Below are positions 8,872-20,529 of a DNA stretch of 64,000 bases, one piece after another (position 1 is the first letter of the stretch; each line of letters begins with the position of its first letter). The notes under the pieces are model-generated. The model had not been told where the DNA came from and ran no database searches. It saw only the letters and a list, made by a program, of their open reading frames with translations. The stretch comes from Sedimentisphaerales bacterium (GTDB taxonomy: Bacteria; Planctomycetota; Phycisphaerae; Sedimentisphaerales; Anaerobacaceae). The DNA lies in NCBI GenBank assembly GCA_963708075.1, contig OY970194.1, positions 3,584,001 to 3,648,000 of the forward strand. Reading direction: 5' to 3'. Made by a program: the position numbers and the translations under genes.

Positions 8872-10722
8872 CTACCAGTTTGCCAATGGTTTGATCTCGG
8901 CGACATCAACCGTTTTGCCGTCTTCCCACGTGGGCGAAAAGAGAACCGATACGCGAATGTCGCCGCTGGCTTGCGGCAGTCTCACCATGAGCCGCCTCAC
9001 GCCCTCGTTTTTCTTCTGCGGCGACTCCTGCTCGGCCGATTCCACCGTGAACCGCGCGTCCTTCGGGCTCAGCAGGCGGACGACCAGGCGCTTGTCTCTG
9101 AGCTTGAGCACCGCGCGAGAGCCCTCCTCAAGGTCGATCTGCGCATCAGTCGTCATACCCCATGCGACCTCGCACGGCGTTTTGATACTGAGATCGTCCT
9201 GGACCAGCACAGCTCGCCGGCCTTCGACCATGGCTACGGCCCGAAGGGCGGAGTTCACGAAGTCCTTGTACGCCTCGGTCAAATCGACAATCGCTCCGGG
9301 CTGTGCCCCGCTGAATTCCACTTTCGTGAACGTCGATTTGGCCTGCGGGTCCTGGTCCTTGCCGCCGAGCATAGGGATGTTATGGCTGGCGGAGTTGAGG
9401 CGGTAGTAGGACCATCGCTGGCCGCCGCGCTTGGCGTCCCAGTAGCCGGGCATGTTGTAGTTGTCCGCGCCCAGGTCGCGTGCCCAGCGGACGCCGAGGG
9501 CGTCGAGCTCGAAGTTGCCCAAGTCGAGATGCCCATGGTTGACCTGGTTGTAGCCGGCCTTGATGCCGACGAAGAGGGCGTTCGGATCGTCCCAGGCGCT
9601 TCGCATCGTGACGACCTCGACCGGACCCTTGAAGTAGTAATCGAGCTGTCTGCGGGCGGCCCTGGCCGGCGGACGGGCCGAGTACCAGACCAGGTGCGCG
9701 GCATCGGCGTCGCGGCCGGCGAGTTGCTCGTGTTCCGACCAGGCATACAGGGGATTATGGAAGGTGCGGGCCAGCCAGAACATGCACGGCATCGGTCGGC
9801 GGGCACTTCTTTCCCCAACATCGGCGAAGTTCAGGTACAGGCCCGTCGGTCCTGCCGTGTAGACCGGGAAGGTGCCTGCCTTGGACAAGCCGTCAATTTC
9901 GAGCAGGCCAAAAGTGCTGCCCAGGGCCGTATCCAACGCCGTCAGACCGTAGGCCGTGTAATGCGTCGCGTAGCTCCAGTAGCCCGGCCCCTCGCCCCAG
10001 GCCCCGTCAGGAGCGTAGCTCTTGAGCGCACGAGGCAAGGACTTGACTGCGGCGGGAACAATCCGCTCGGCATAGCTCGGGTCCGTCTCGGCGATGGCCA
10101 AGGCCCCGATGATCATGCCCCCGTTGCAGACCTGATTCCAGTTGTACTCACTTTGGACCCACCAGCCGTCTTTCTCATAGATCTCCAGCCCGGGCTTGAG
10201 ACCCTTCTCAATCAGGGCGGCCCGAATCTGTCCGCGCGTCGCCTCGTCCAGGTAGCCGTAGAGCCAGTCGTATCCGACCCCTACCGCATGGGACATCTCC
10301 GCCGTATCGAGGAAATGGGATGGGTTCCAATCCGGGAAGGCACAGACTTGCAGCAGGTTCTCCCTCGCCTTGGCCGCGTATTTCTCCTCGCCCGTCCAGC
10401 GGTAAGCCAAGGCAAGAGGATAAATCCGCCCCAGGCAGTCCCGGCTCACCTGCAGCAGCCGCGGGCCCACTTTCCTGTACACAAGCCCCGGCCGGGCGAG
10501 ACAATCGTTGGCGTCTTTCTGCACATCCCGCCAGATCTTCTGCATGGCCGGGTCATCCGGATAGGACGCCCGCAGCCGGCCCAGGTCCATCTCCTTGAGC
10601 ATGAGCCTTGGATGCTTCACCTCGAGCGACGACAAAACGGAAGTCTCCTTTGTCGCCTGCGCCGAGGCCAGGGAACAGAAAGTGACGACGTAGATCACGC
10701 TCAACACGGACAGGCATTTCAT
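8872..10722 (-). CDS. Heparinase II/III-family polysaccharide lyase
   Basis: Signal peptide; HPRL, WNPSHFLD, NWNQVCNGG, EGPGYWSY, HGHLDLGNF, SHNI. Confidence 0.85.
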   Translation of the reverse strand: MKCLSVLSVIYVVTFCSLASAQATKETSVLSSLEVKHPRLMLKEMDLGRLRASYPDDPAMQKIWRDVQKDANDCLARPGLVYRKVGPRLLQVSRDCLGRIYPLALAYRWTGEEKYAAKARENLLQVCAFPDWNPSHFLDTAEMSHAVGVGYDWLYGYLDEATRGQIRAALIEKGLKPGLEIYEKDGWWVQSEYNWNQVCNGGMIIGALAIAETDPSYAERIVPAAVKSLPRALKSYAPDGAWGEGPGYWSYATHYTAYGLTALDTALGSTFGLLEIDGLSKAGTFPVYTAGPTGLYLNFADVGERSARRPMPCMFWLARTFHNPLYAWSEHEQLAGRDADAAHLVWYSARPPARAARRQLDYYFKGPVEVVTMRSAWDDPNALFVGIKAGYNQVNHGHLDLGNFELDALGVRWARDLGADNYNMPGYWDAKRGGQRWSYYRLNSASHNIPMLGGKDQDPQAKSTFTKVEFSGAQPGAIVDLTEAYKDFVNSALRAVAMVEGRRAVLVQDDLSIKTPCEVAWGMTTDAQIDLEEGSRAVLKLRDKRLVVRLLSPKDARFTVESAEQESPQKKNEGVRRLMVRLPQASGDIRVSVLFSPTWEDGKTVDVAEIKPLANW

Positions 10723-10906
10723 ACGATACCTCCATCGTGTACTCCTGGGTCCTTCGTTTTTAGTTGCGGATCAAGCGGGAGGCAAGAGAATTTTCCTCGC
10801 CGCGTCACAACCCGCCGGAAGCCGCGCAATTGCTCTTGACAAATAGCTCGCAGCGCTCCACACTTCTTCAAGTTGGATGAGGGCGAACTAGCCGTGGGGT
10901 CCAGAT

Positions 10907-11653
10907 ATGAAGAAGTACATTTACGAGTTGACGGGGGACATGGCGTCGGCGGCAGGCCACTGCGCCGCCCAGGCCATTCGCAAAGCCATCAAAGAAAAGG
11001 GCCAGGCCAATGTCATCATGGCAACGGGGGCGAGCCAGTTCGAGATGCTGCGCAACCTCGTCGTACGGCCGGGAGTCGACTGGCTCAGGGTCGTCATGTT
11101 CCACCTGGATGAGTATATCGGGGTCCGGGCGGATCACCCCGCCAGCTTCCGCAAGTATCTGCAGGAGCGATTCGTGGACAGGGTCGCGCCTTTGCAGTCG
11201 GTGTACTTCGTGCGAGGGGACGCGGAGGACCCGGCTGGGGAGTGTCGAAGGCTCGGCACGCTGATTCAGGGCTATCCAATCGACCTGGCGTGCATCGGGA
11301 TCGGCGAGAACGGGCACCTGGCGTTCAACGACCCGCCCGCCGACTTTGAGACGCAGGACTCGTACCTCGTGGTGAAGCTCGACGAGCGATGCAGGCGGCA
11401 GCAGCTCGGCGAAGGCTGGTTCAAGACGTTCGAACAGGTCCCCTGCCGGGCCATCTCCATGAGTATCCGGCAGATCATGAAGAGCAGGCAGCTCGTCGTC
11501 ACCGTACCGGACGAGCGGAAGGCCGAAGCCGTCAAAAACGCTCTGGAAGGCCCCCTGACGCCGCATTGCCCCGCCTCGATCCTGCGCACGCACCAGGACT
11601 GCTCCATCTTCCTCGATGCCCCCGCCGCCTCGCTGCTGACGGACAAGTCATGA
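10907..11653 (+). CDS. nagB: Glucosamine-6-phosphate deaminase family
   Basis: [45 protein letters not shown]. Confidence 0.88.
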   Translation: MKKYIYELTGDMASAAGHCAAQAIRKAIKEKGQANVIMATGASQFEMLRNLVVRPGVDWLRVVMFHLDEYIGVRADHPASFRKYLQERFVDRVAPLQSVYFVRGDAEDPAGECRRLGTLIQGYPIDLACIGIGENGHLAFNDPPADFETQDSYLVVKLDERCRRQQLGEGWFKTFEQVPCRAISMSIRQIMKSRQLVVTVPDERKAEAVKNALEGPLTPHCPASILRTHQDCSIFLDAPAASLLTDKS

Positions 11654-11666
11654 TACCCAGGGAGAC

Positions 11667-11747
11667 GGGTGCCATGCTTACGCTCGCGTAAGCATGCGTT
11701 TCCCCCGCGATCTGAAACATGTCTGCGCAGGCGTAGACGTGGCACCC
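11667..11747. repeat. GGGTGCC-type palindromic repeat (copy 1)
   Basis: GGGTGCCATGCTTACGCTCGCGTAAGCATGC...AACATGTCTGCGCAGGCGTAGACGTGGCACCC. First 31 nt are identical to 46544-46574. Confidence 0.85.
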
Positions 11748-11797
11748 TGTCCTTCGGAGACTGCTTTGAGGCTACCCGAGACGCCAGATTCGCGGGA

Positions 11798-13450
11798 TTA
11801 CAGATCGAAGGTGTGCAGGCCGCCGACGGGGGTGATCACTTCGGCCGCCGTCCGGAGGTTTCGCGGGCGATAGTATTGTTGGGCCATGTTGTCAATCAGT
11901 TCCTGGGCCCGTTCCGATTTCACGATGGCCACGATACAGCCGCCCATGCCGGCCCCTACCAGTTTCGCTCCCGCCACGCCCGGCGTCGCCAGGGCGGTAT
12001 CGACGAGCGTGTCCAGCTCGGGCAGGCTGACGCTGTAGCCGCCCCCCTGGCGCCACAGGCGGGCCTGCTCGACCCGCTCAGGATCACCCGATTCAAGGTC
12101 GCGGATCAGAACGTCGACGCGCTTGTCCGGGTAGCTGTTATCGACAGGCACATGAGCCCCATCGGCCAGTCTTGTCACGCGGTCTCCATCGTGGGAGATG
12201 CTCATCAGCTCGCCAAACCTGGCCACATCGCCGCTATGGAGGCACTGCGAAACCATATCCGCCCGGATGCACTCGGTGATCCCATAGAGGCACACCTGCC
12301 GGATCGGATAGCCCTCCGCCGGCTCATCGTGGCTCCGGAATACGCGACGCATCTTATGCTCGTCCTCGGGCAATTGCTTCAGCAATTCATCCCGACGGGC
12401 CCATATGGGCAGGGACCGTACAATGCGATAGATCTCGCTTTCGGTCACGCCGAGGGTGTCCGGATTGACATCTCTCAGGTGTTCGAGCTTCTCGGTGTAC
12501 TGCGGGAACTGTTTCTTGATCAACATCAAGCCGAAGATGTACGCGGCCACGCGGGAGTTGAACGCGCTGCGTGCCCCGGCCTGCTTCTTGGCTTCGATGA
12601 GACTATTCGCGAGCACGAGGCTGTAGCCATCGGGGACCGGGACGGTCTCGACGCTCGTGGCAAACGCGGCGGCGTGGAGAATGGCGTTGGGCTCGGCGAA
12701 TATGATGGCGGCGTGGTCGCTGCTGCCGCCGCGTGTGCCGACGTACCACTCCGCGTAACCACAGTGCCTGACCATATCCGTGCGGCTGATGTCCAGCGAG
12801 TTCAGCCGGGCCACGGCCTCCGCCGTGGCGACAACGACCGCCGAGGAAGAACTCAGCCCGACCGCCCGGGGGATATTCCCGTAGAAGACCATGTCCATGC
12901 CCTTGACGAGCGGGGTGAACGTCCCGTGGCTATCCGTGCAGACGTTTTGCAGGTACAGGGTCGCTGCACGGATGTAATTCGACCAGGTGATCGAGGGATC
13001 GCCCTTTCGCTTCTCGAACTCGGCCAGGCACCAGGAATCCCAGTCCTCGACTCTCGTCCCCGCAGACAGGCACTGCCGGATTCGAAATTGCTCGTCCGGG
13101 AACTGGCCGGACTCGACGTTGCGGGCCGCCACGAGATCGTCGTCGCGAGGCGCCACGATCAGCCACAGATGGTTGACAGCCACCGGATTGACTGAGCCGC
13201 CGCGGTGGTCGATGTGCGTGCCCAGAACGTTGACCCGGCCGGCCGTGCGAATCACAAGGACTTCCCTGTCCGGCCCGTGGATTTCGCCGAACGTCCGCAG
13301 CGCACGGACGCACATGCGTGCCGCCTGCTCGTGCAGGTCCGCCCTGCCGGCGCAAATCCGCCGCAGCGCCTGGTTGAATCCGCTGCCGAGAGCTTCCACG
13401 GCCCTGATCCACTGTCTTACCGGATGCAACACAATCCCCCGTGACACCAT
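11798..13450 (-). CDS. GHMP-family sugar kinase (galactokinase / GalNAc kinase-like)
   Basis: AGRVNVLGTHIDHRGG, GNIPRAVGLSSSSA, GAKLVGAGMGGC. Confidence 0.85.
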   Translation of the reverse strand: MVSRGIVLHPVRQWIRAVEALGSGFNQALRRICAGRADLHEQAARMCVRALRTFGEIHGPDREVLVIRTAGRVNVLGTHIDHRGGSVNPVAVNHLWLIVAPRDDDLVAARNVESGQFPDEQFRIRQCLSAGTRVEDWDSWCLAEFEKRKGDPSITWSNYIRAATLYLQNVCTDSHGTFTPLVKGMDMVFYGNIPRAVGLSSSSAVVVATAEAVARLNSLDISRTDMVRHCGYAEWYVGTRGGSSDHAAIIFAEPNAILHAAAFATSVETVPVPDGYSLVLANSLIEAKKQAGARSAFNSRVAAYIFGLMLIKKQFPQYTEKLEHLRDVNPDTLGVTESEIYRIVRSLPIWARRDELLKQLPEDEHKMRRVFRSHDEPAEGYPIRQVCLYGITECIRADMVSQCLHSGDVARFGELMSISHDGDRVTRLADGAHVPVDNSYPDKRVDVLIRDLESGDPERVEQARLWRQGGGYSVSLPELDTLVDTALATPGVAGAKLVGAGMGGCIVAIVKSERAQELIDNMAQQYYRPRNLRTAAEVITPVGGLHTFDL

Positions 13451-13463
13451 TGCTCATGCCCAC

Positions 13464-13556
13464 GATTTACATTTCACCGTGGCCGATTTACAATCGGCCG
13501 GCCGATATCCGAGCCAGAATAGTAAATGGTAAAGGGCAAATGGTAAATCATAAATC
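13464..13556. repeat. Inverted heptamer arrays (GATTTAC ... GTAAATC)
   Basis: GATTTAC x2 on the left; GTAAATG GTAAAGG GCAAATG GTAAATC ATAAATC on the right. Confidence 0.6.
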
Positions 13557-14541
13557 ACAACTAATGGTTCCCGGCCTGGTGGATCTGCAGGTCAACGGCT
13601 ACCGGGGCGTGGACTTCTCCGGCACAGAGCTGACGCAGGAGAATTTCACTTTGGCTTGTCGGGAATTGCTGAGCGCGGGGACCACGGCATTCCTTCCGAC
13701 CCTCATCACCAGCCCCGCCGAGATCTACGAGCGGAATCTGCCCATCATCGCGAGCGTCATCGGCACGGAGGAGTTCCAGGGCCGGGTACTGGGCATCCAC
13801 CTCGAAGGGCCCTTCATCTCCTCCCAGGATGGAGCCAGAGGGGCGCACGATGCCCGATGGGTCAGGAAGCCTGATGTCGCTTACCTTGAACAGCTCATCC
13901 GTCTCGCGGATAGCAAGGTCCGGCTCATCACTATCGCGGCCACTCAGGATGGGGCCGAGGACCTGGCGCGCTGCGCGGTCCGCAACAGAATCGCCGTGGC
14001 GCTCGGGCACCACATGGCCAATGAACAGGACCTGGAGCGGCTGGTCGCCGCAGGGGCGAAGGCTCTGACGCACCTGGGCAACGGCGTGCCTTCCCTGCTG
14101 AGCCGGCACCAGAACCCGGTCTGGGCGGGCATGGCGAACGACGACCTCTCCGCGACGGTGATTGCCGATGGGCATCATCTGCCCCCGTCCATGCTCACGA
14201 CCATCCTGCGAACCAAGGGCCCCGAGCGCTGCATCATCATCAGCGACGCCTCGCCGCTGGCGGGACTGCCGCCGGGGGAGTACTGGTCGATGGGCGCCCA
14301 AGTCCGCCTGGAGGAAAACGGCAAACTGCACAACCCTGCCACCGGCTACATGGCCGGCTCCTCCGCGACGATCCTGGCCTGTGCGAATCACCTGGTTTCG
14401 CTCGGCCTGGCGGGCCTCAATGAGCTTGTCACGATGTTCTGCTACAATCCCCTGCGGCTGCTGGGCATCTCGCCGAAGCAGATCCCGCCGGCGAAGGGGC
14501 TATTCTTCGACGCGAGAGAGCGTCGCGTTTCTCAGGAGTGA
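13540..14541 (+). CDS. nagA: N-acetylglucosamine-6-phosphate deacetylase (start uncertain: 13456/13540/13564)
   Basis: PGLVDLQVNG, GTTAFLPTLIT, GIHLEGPFIS, THLGNG, IADGHH, ISDA, MAGS. Confidence 0.88.
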   Translation: MVNHKSQLMVPGLVDLQVNGYRGVDFSGTELTQENFTLACRELLSAGTTAFLPTLITSPAEIYERNLPIIASVIGTEEFQGRVLGIHLEGPFISSQDGARGAHDARWVRKPDVAYLEQLIRLADSKVRLITIAATQDGAEDLARCAVRNRIAVALGHHMANEQDLERLVAAGAKALTHLGNGVPSLLSRHQNPVWAGMANDDLSATVIADGHHLPPSMLTTILRTKGPERCIIISDASPLAGLPPGEYWSMGAQVRLEENGKLHNPATGYMAGSSATILACANHLVSLGLAGLNELVTMFCYNPLRLLGISPKQIPPAKGLFFDARERRVSQE

Positions 14542-14553
14542 GCAAGAAACAGA

Positions 14554-14588
14554 ACCTATAGGACTCATGGGACCGATAGGACCTATCT
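14554..14588. repeat. 9-mer tandem repeat
   Basis: CCTATAGGA CTCATGGGA CCGATAGGA CCTATC. Confidence 0.55.
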
Positions 14589-14605
14589 GAGATGGAGGCT
14601 TGTCG

Positions 14606-17600
14606 ATGGGAAATCTGATCCTGCAGTTGATGATTGCCACGTGTCTGACCGTGCCTAACGATCCGCAATCCGACCTGAAGTTGTGGTACGGCGGGCCGGC
14701 GAAGGAATGGACGCAGGCCCTGCCGGTGGGCAACGGCAGGCTCGGGGCCATGGTCTTCGGCGGCACGGCCGAGGACCGCTACCAGCTTAATGAAGACTCA
14801 CTCTGGTGCGGCAAGCCCCACGATTACGCCCATGAGGGCGCGGCGCAATACCTGTCGCAAATCCGCCAGTTGCTCTTCGACGGCAAGCAGAAGGAGGCGG
14901 AGCAACTGGCGACGGAGCATTTCATGTCGGTCCCGCTGGGCCAGATGCCCTACCAGCCCTTCGGCGACCTGAGACTGACGTTCCCGGGCCACGAGAAGGC
15001 GCAGGATTACCGCCGAGAGCTCGATCTCGATACCGCCATCGCCACCACAACCTATCGTGTCGACGGCGTAACCTACACCCGTCAGGCATTCGCCAGTTAC
15101 CCGGACCAGGTGATCGTCGTGCGAATCGAATGCGATAAGCCCAGCGCGTTGAGCTTCACCGCGACACTGACCAGTCCCAACCAGGATGTGCAGACGCAAG
15201 CAGTGGCCGGGGACACGCTGGCGATCCGCGGGCGGGCGCGAGACTACAAGGCACGCGGCGATTACGGCGTGATCCGCGGCGCTGTGAAGTTCGAAGGCCG
15301 CTGCCGCGTCATCGTCCGCGGCGGCAAAGCCACGGTCGATGATAAGCAGATCGCCGTCGAAGGGGCCAACGCGGCGACACTGATGCTGGCGATGGCCACG
15401 AGCGTGAGGAATTACAGCGACATCTCGGCCGACCCGGCGGCGCGATGTGACGAGGTGTTGAAGAAGCTGGCGGATAAGAGGCCGCGTCAGGTGCGCGACG
15501 CGCACGTAGCTGACCATCAGGCCTTGTTTCAGCGTGTGTCCATCGACCTGGGTCCTGCGACGGAGCCCAGTCTGCCGACGGACCAGCGGGTGTTGAAGTA
15601 CGCCCAGAGAGAGGACCCTGCGTTGGCCGCCCTGTTCTTCCAGTACGGCCGATACCTCATGATCGCCAGCTCGCGGGAGGGCGGCCAGCCGGCGAACCTG
15701 CAGGGGCTGTGGAACGAGAGCGTCAACCCGCCATGGGATAGCAAGTACACCGTCAACATTAACACGGAGATGAACTATTGGCTCACCGAGCCGACCAACC
15801 TGAGCGAGTGCGGCCGGCCACTGTTCGACGCCTTGGCCGACATCAGCCGAACGGGAAGCTCCGTCGCTCAGAAGCATTACAACGCCCCCGGCTGGGTCCT
15901 GCACCACAATTTCGACCTGTGGCGCGGAGCCGCCCCGATCAACGCCTCCAACCACGGCATCTGGCCGACCGGCGGCGCATGGTTGTGCCAGCATCTGTGG
16001 TGGCACTATCTCTACACGGGCGACAAGACCTTCGTGGCCGAGCGGGCCTATCCGCTGATGAAAGGCGCGGCGGAATTCTTCGTGGCCTGTCTCATCGAGG
16101 ACCCGCGAAATGACAAACGCTGGCTCATCAGCGGCCCCAGCAACAGCCCGGAGATCGGCGGACTGGTCATGGGACCGACGATGGACCATCAGATCATCCG
16201 CGAGCTGTTTGCGAACACGGCCGAAGCGGCTCGCGTGCTGGGCGTCGATGCAGAATTCGCCGGTAAGCTCGACACGATGCGCAGCCGCATCGCTCCTAAC
16301 CAGATCGGCAAGCACGGCCAGCTTCAGGAGTGGCTGGAGGACAAGGACGATCCGAAGAACGACCACCGGCACGTTTCCCATCTCTGGGGCCTGTTCCCCG
16401 GCGAGGAGATCACGCCGGAGACGCCGGAGCTGTTCAACGCCGCCAGGCAGTCCCTCGTGTTCCGCGGGGATGGCGGCACGGGCTGGAGTCGGGCATGGAA
16501 GATCAATTTCTGGGCCCGCCTGCTGGACGGCAACCACGCCCATCTGATGCTCAAGAACCTGCTGACACTGACCTCTTCACCGCTCACGAACTACAAAGGT
16601 GGTGGAGTCTATCCCAACCTCTTCGACGCCCATCCACCCTTCCAGATCGACGGCAACTTCGGGGCCACCAGCGGCATCACGGAGATGCTGCTGCAGAACC
16701 ATCGCCGGGACGACCAGCGTCACTACATTATCGACCTGCTACCCGCCCTGCCGGATGCCTGGCCCGAGGGCTCGGTCAAAGGCCTCCGTGCCCGCGGCGG
16801 CTTTGAGGTCTATCTGGCATGGAAGGATGGCCGGTTGAGCAAAGCAAGAATACTGTCGAACCTCGGCAACGACTGCCGAGTCCGCACGCCTGTCCCGGTG
16901 CAAGTTGAAAGGGGTGGAGTCATCGTCCCTGTCTCGCGACCGGCAAAAGATATCACGGCGTTTAAGACAGAGCCGGGCAAAGACTACATTCTCCTGCCGG
17001 CTGAAGTCCATCCTGTGCTCTGGTATCGCCAGCCTGCCAAGGTGTGGACGGAAGCACTGCCGGTGGGCAATGGGCGGCTTGGCGCTATGGTCTTCGGGGG
17101 CGTGGAAAAGGAGCGGCTGCAACTGAACGAGGTAAGTCTGTGGTCGGGTAGTCCGCAGGACGCCGACAACCCGGAGGCGCTTGCGGCACTCCATGAAGTC
17201 CGCAAGCTGATCTTCGAGGGCAAGTACACCGAGGCCAATCGAATCGCCGTCAAGAATCTCGTGTGCAAGGGCGCCGGCTCCCGGCGTGGTTCCGGCGTTG
17301 GCTCGTTGTACGGCAGCTACCAGACCCTCGGCGACCTCACCCTGACGTTCGACAATGCAGGCGAGGTAAGCGACTACCGCCGCGAGCTGGACCTCGATAC
17401 AGCCACGGCAACGGTCACCTATCGTCAGGGTGATGCCACATTCCGAAGAGAAGTCTTCTCCAGCGCAGATGCTCAGATCATTGCTGTGCGGCTGATGTGT
17501 GACAAGCCGGCGAGAATAAACGTCACTATCGATCTGAGCCGGCCCGAGCGGTTCACCACAAGCGCTGACGGCATCGGCGGCCTGGTTATGACGGGACAAA

Positions 17601-19306
17601 TGGATGATGGCAGGAACGAAGACAGCGGGATCAAATACGTGGTTCGCCTGCGCGCACTTGCGGACGGCGTCCCAGTCGGCACGCCGAATGACAAGCTCCG
17701 AATCGCAGGCGCCAATGCGGTGATTGTCCTCCTGGCCGCCGGCACCGACTATGAACTTCAGCCACCCCATTATCGCGGCCGCGACCCCGGACAGATCACC
17801 GCTGCGCAGCTTGCACCGGTCGTTACGCTGCCGTATTCGTACTATTACGCGAGGCACCTGACAGATCATCGGAAGCTCTTTCGGCGCGTCGGCCTTGACC
17901 TCGACCACGGCACAAACACCTTGGCCGGCGAAGCGCCCACGGACGAGCGTCTCAAGGCAATGCGGGATGGAGCGACAGACCCCGGCTTGATCGAGTTGTA
18001 CTTCCAATATGGCCGATACCTGCTCATTTCCAGCTCGCGGCCGGGCTCGCTGCCGGCGAATTTGCAGGGGATCTGGGCGGACGGTATCCAAGTACCCTGG
18101 AATGGCGACTACCACGCGAACATCAACGTGCAGATGAACTATTGGCCGGCGGAGGTCTGCAATCTGGCCGAGTGCCACCAACCTTTGTTCGATCTGATCG
18201 ACTCGCTCCGTCCCAGCGGCCGCAAGACGGCGAAGGTACACTACGGCGCGGACGGATGGACCGTACACACGATCACGAATGTCTTCGGCTTCACGTCGCC
18301 GGGCGAGCACCCGGGCTGGGGCCTGTTCCCCGCCGCCGGCGCCTGGCTGTGCCAGCATCTGTGGGAGCACTACGCTTTTGGAGGCGACAGGCAGTTCCTG
18401 CAACAAGTCTGGCCCATCATGCGGGAGTCGGCCGAGTTCTACCTCGATTTCCTCGTGGCCGATCCTGCGACCGGCAAGCTCGTCAGCGGACCGGTGAACT
18501 CGCCGGAGAACACGTTCATCACCGCCGATGGCCAGCGCGCGTCCCTGTGCATGGGGCCGGCGATGGACCAGGAAATCATCTGGGACCTGTTCACAAATGT
18601 CCTGGACAGCGCCAAAGTGCTCGGCATTGAAGACGAATTCGTCGGACGCGTGCGCGACGCCCGTGCGCGGCTGCTCGGACCGCAGATCGGTTCCGACGGT
18701 CGGCTGCTGGAGTGGTCGCAGGAGTTCAAGGAAGCTGAGCCGGGACACAGGCACATGTCACACCTGTTCGCCCTCCATCCCGGCAGACAGATTAGCGTGA
18801 CTGGCACACCGGACCTTGCAGCGGCGGCGAGAAAATCACTGGAGTACCGGCTCTCGCACGGCGGCGGCCACACCGGCTGGAGCCGCGCATGGATCATCAG
18901 CTTCTGGGCCCGCCTCCGGGATGGGGACAAGGCTCACGAGAATATCGCAGCGCTGCTCGCCAAATCGACCCTGCCCAACCTGTTCGACACCCACCCGCCC
19001 TTCCAGATCGACGGCAACTTCGGCGGTACCGCGGGCATCGCCGAGATGCTGCTGCAAAGTCACGCGGGCGAGATTCATCTGCTGCCCGCCCTGCCAAGTG
19101 CATGGCCGTCCGGGCGCGTCAAAGGGCTGCGGGCAAGAGGCGGATACGAGGTGGACATCGCCTGGGCCGGCGGCAAGCTGACCGAGGCGACAATCCGCCC
19201 GCTACGGGATGGCCCATGCAAAATCCGGTACGGCAACGACACGGTCCAAATCGACGCGAAGGCCGATAAGGCTCTGCATCTCATTGGAAATCTTACGCAA
19301 TTATGA
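14606..19306 (+). CDS. Tandem double GH95 (alpha-L-fucosidase family) glycoside hydrolase
   Basis: Two complete modules, each with [70 protein letters not shown] and [17 protein letters not shown]. Confidence 0.93.
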   Translation: MGNLILQLMIATCLTVPNDPQSDLKLWYGGPAKEWTQALPVGNGRLGAMVFGGTAEDRYQLNEDSLWCGKPHDYAHEGAAQYLSQIRQLLFDGKQKEAEQLATEHFMSVPLGQMPYQPFGDLRLTFPGHEKAQDYRRELDLDTAIATTTYRVDGVTYTRQAFASYPDQVIVVRIECDKPSALSFTATLTSPNQDVQTQAVAGDTLAIRGRARDYKARGDYGVIRGAVKFEGRCRVIVRGGKATVDDKQIAVEGANAATLMLAMATSVRNYSDISADPAARCDEVLKKLADKRPRQVRDAHVADHQALFQRVSIDLGPATEPSLPTDQRVLKYAQREDPALAALFFQYGRYLMIASSREGGQPANLQGLWNESVNPPWDSKYTVNINTEMNYWLTEPTNLSECGRPLFDALADISRTGSSVAQKHYNAPGWVLHHNFDLWRGAAPINASNHGIWPTGGAWLCQHLWWHYLYTGDKTFVAERAYPLMKGAAEFFVACLIEDPRNDKRWLISGPSNSPEIGGLVMGPTMDHQIIRELFANTAEAARVLGVDAEFAGKLDTMRSRIAPNQIGKHGQLQEWLEDKDDPKNDHRHVSHLWGLFPGEEITPETPELFNAARQSLVFRGDGGTGWSRAWKINFWARLLDGNHAHLMLKNLLTLTSSPLTNYKGGGVYPNLFDAHPPFQIDGNFGATSGITEMLLQNHRRDDQRHYIIDLLPALPDAWPEGSVKGLRARGGFEVYLAWKDGRLSKARILSNLGNDCRVRTPVPVQVERGGVIVPVSRPAKDITAFKTEPGKDYILLPAEVHPVLWYRQPAKVWTEALPVGNGRLGAMVFGGVEKERLQLNEVSLWSGSPQDADNPEALAALHEVRKLIFEGKYTEANRIAVKNLVCKGAGSRRGSGVGSLYGSYQTLGDLTLTFDNAGEVSDYRRELDLDTATATVTYRQGDATFRREVFSSADAQIIAVRLMCDKPARINVTIDLSRPERFTTSADGIGGLVMTGQMDDGRNEDSGIKYVVRLRALADGVPVGTPNDKLRIAGANAVIVLLAAGTDYELQPPHYRGRDPGQITAAQLAPVVTLPYSYYYARHLTDHRKLFRRVGLDLDHGTNTLAGEAPTDERLKAMRDGATDPGLIELYFQYGRYLLISSSRPGSLPANLQGIWADGIQVPWNGDYHANINVQMNYWPAEVCNLAECHQPLFDLIDSLRPSGRKTAKVHYGADGWTVHTITNVFGFTSPGEHPGWGLFPAAGAWLCQHLWEHYAFGGDRQFLQQVWPIMRESAEFYLDFLVADPATGKLVSGPVNSPENTFITADGQRASLCMGPAMDQEIIWDLFTNVLDSAKVLGIEDEFVGRVRDARARLLGPQIGSDGRLLEWSQEFKEAEPGHRHMSHLFALHPGRQISVTGTPDLAAAARKSLEYRLSHGGGHTGWSRAWIISFWARLRDGDKAHENIAALLAKSTLPNLFDTHPPFQIDGNFGGTAGIAEMLLQSHAGEIHLLPALPSAWPSGRVKGLRARGGYEVDIAWAGGKLTEATIRPLRDGPCKIRYGNDTVQIDAKADKALHLIGNLTQL

Positions 19307-19680
19307 GACAACCCTGTTGACACGGCCTCCGGCGACCGTTTTACTGAATGTCAGCATGTCAAGCAGGCAGGTTGCGGGGTTGGTATTCTGTTTTGAGTTT
19401 CCGTTTTTGAGCCGAGTCGAAACTGAGCACTCCATCTGAGAGCTCACATGGTATTTGATTTCACATGATGAGGGTCGGCGGCATGGCAACTTGCAGAGTC
19501 TGCACAGTATAGCCACACCTCGACTGCCACGAAAGGAGGGTTTTACACAGAACAGGCAATTTGGTCACCTGGGAAGGAGGGTGATGAGTTGGTTTCTCAT
19601 TGTTTGTTGCCGGCCTGCCGAGGATCGGCGGCCTGCAACCGGTAGAAGCACTACTCTGAACCCGGAAGAAGGAGACCAAG

Positions 19681-20520
19681 ATGAGAAGGATCTCACTCGG
19701 GGTGATTCTCTTGTTCCTCATAACGAGCATCGCCCAGGCAGACTACGTCACTCCCTTGTACCAGCGTGTCCGGTATTCCCCCTACGCATTTGGCTACCAC
19801 ACCAATGGGCTGGTTCCCGGCGGAATCACGTACTCCCCGTACGCTTTCAAACCCGGCAGCGCCGGGCTGGTATTTGAGGGCGTCCGGTATATCCCGTACG
19901 CATTCACCTACAAGAGCTCAGGTCTGGTCCTCGATTACTACTACTACCCCATCCCCTATGCCGTGGGCAGCCCTCCGTGTTCGTACGATCAGGCCTATGC
20001 CAACTACGGCAGCGCCCAGCCAAGCGGCGCCCATAAGCCGACCTATCGCTCGCGGCCCTACGATCAGGGCCAAGACACAGCCGCCCCAATGGGAACCAGT
20101 GGGCCCGCCGCTCCCGCGGAAGATGCCTTAACCATCATCCGACAGTATCTCCGCGAGCGAAGACTCTCGGACATCGGCATCAATCGTATCCTGAGAGTCG
20201 GCAACAAGCTCGTCAGCGCCGATTTCACCGTGGGGGGCCGCAACCTGCTGATCAAGTACTGGGATCCCACACAGGTCCAATCGCCGGACGCGAACACTGG
20301 CCTGGAACAGGGTTCGAAGGCTTCCAGTGAATCAAAGATGACCAAGAAATACAAGCAGGATTGGGAAGCCTTCGCCGGCAAGTACCAGCAGGAGGGCGGA
20401 GAGATCTACGTCGTGACAGCCTCCAGCCGAGCGGACATCATCGCCGCCCTGGATGCCTGCGAGAAACTGCGTTCCGGCGATGTCGAGCCAAGCCCGCCGC
20501 CCAGGTACGTCAAGCAGTAG
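19681..20520 (+). CDS. Secreted hypothetical protein with three 19-aa Y(S/I)PYAF...GLV repeats
   Basis: RBS GAAGGAG; signal peptide MRRISLGVILLFLITSIAQA; repeats visible in the translation. Confidence 0.8.
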   Translation: MRRISLGVILLFLITSIAQADYVTPLYQRVRYSPYAFGYHTNGLVPGGITYSPYAFKPGSAGLVFEGVRYIPYAFTYKSSGLVLDYYYYPIPYAVGSPPCSYDQAYANYGSAQPSGAHKPTYRSRPYDQGQDTAAPMGTSGPAAPAEDALTIIRQYLRERRLSDIGINRILRVGNKLVSADFTVGGRNLLIKYWDPTQVQSPDANTGLEQGSKASSESKMTKKYKQDWEAFAGKYQQEGGEIYVVTASSRADIIAALDACEKLRSGDVEPSPPPRYVKQ

Positions 20521-20529
20521 AATGCGACG

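Noticed and set aside
8863..10839. Long antisense ORFs (e.g. 8863-10839, 25405-27948, 28006-30357, 34732-36225)
   Set aside because: Shadows of well-supported genes on the opposite strand, as expected in GC-rich DNA.
19520..19600. Two SD-like AGGAGG motifs suggesting a leader peptide or sRNA
   Set aside because: No convincing ORF, terminator or conserved structure could be supported from the sequence alone.
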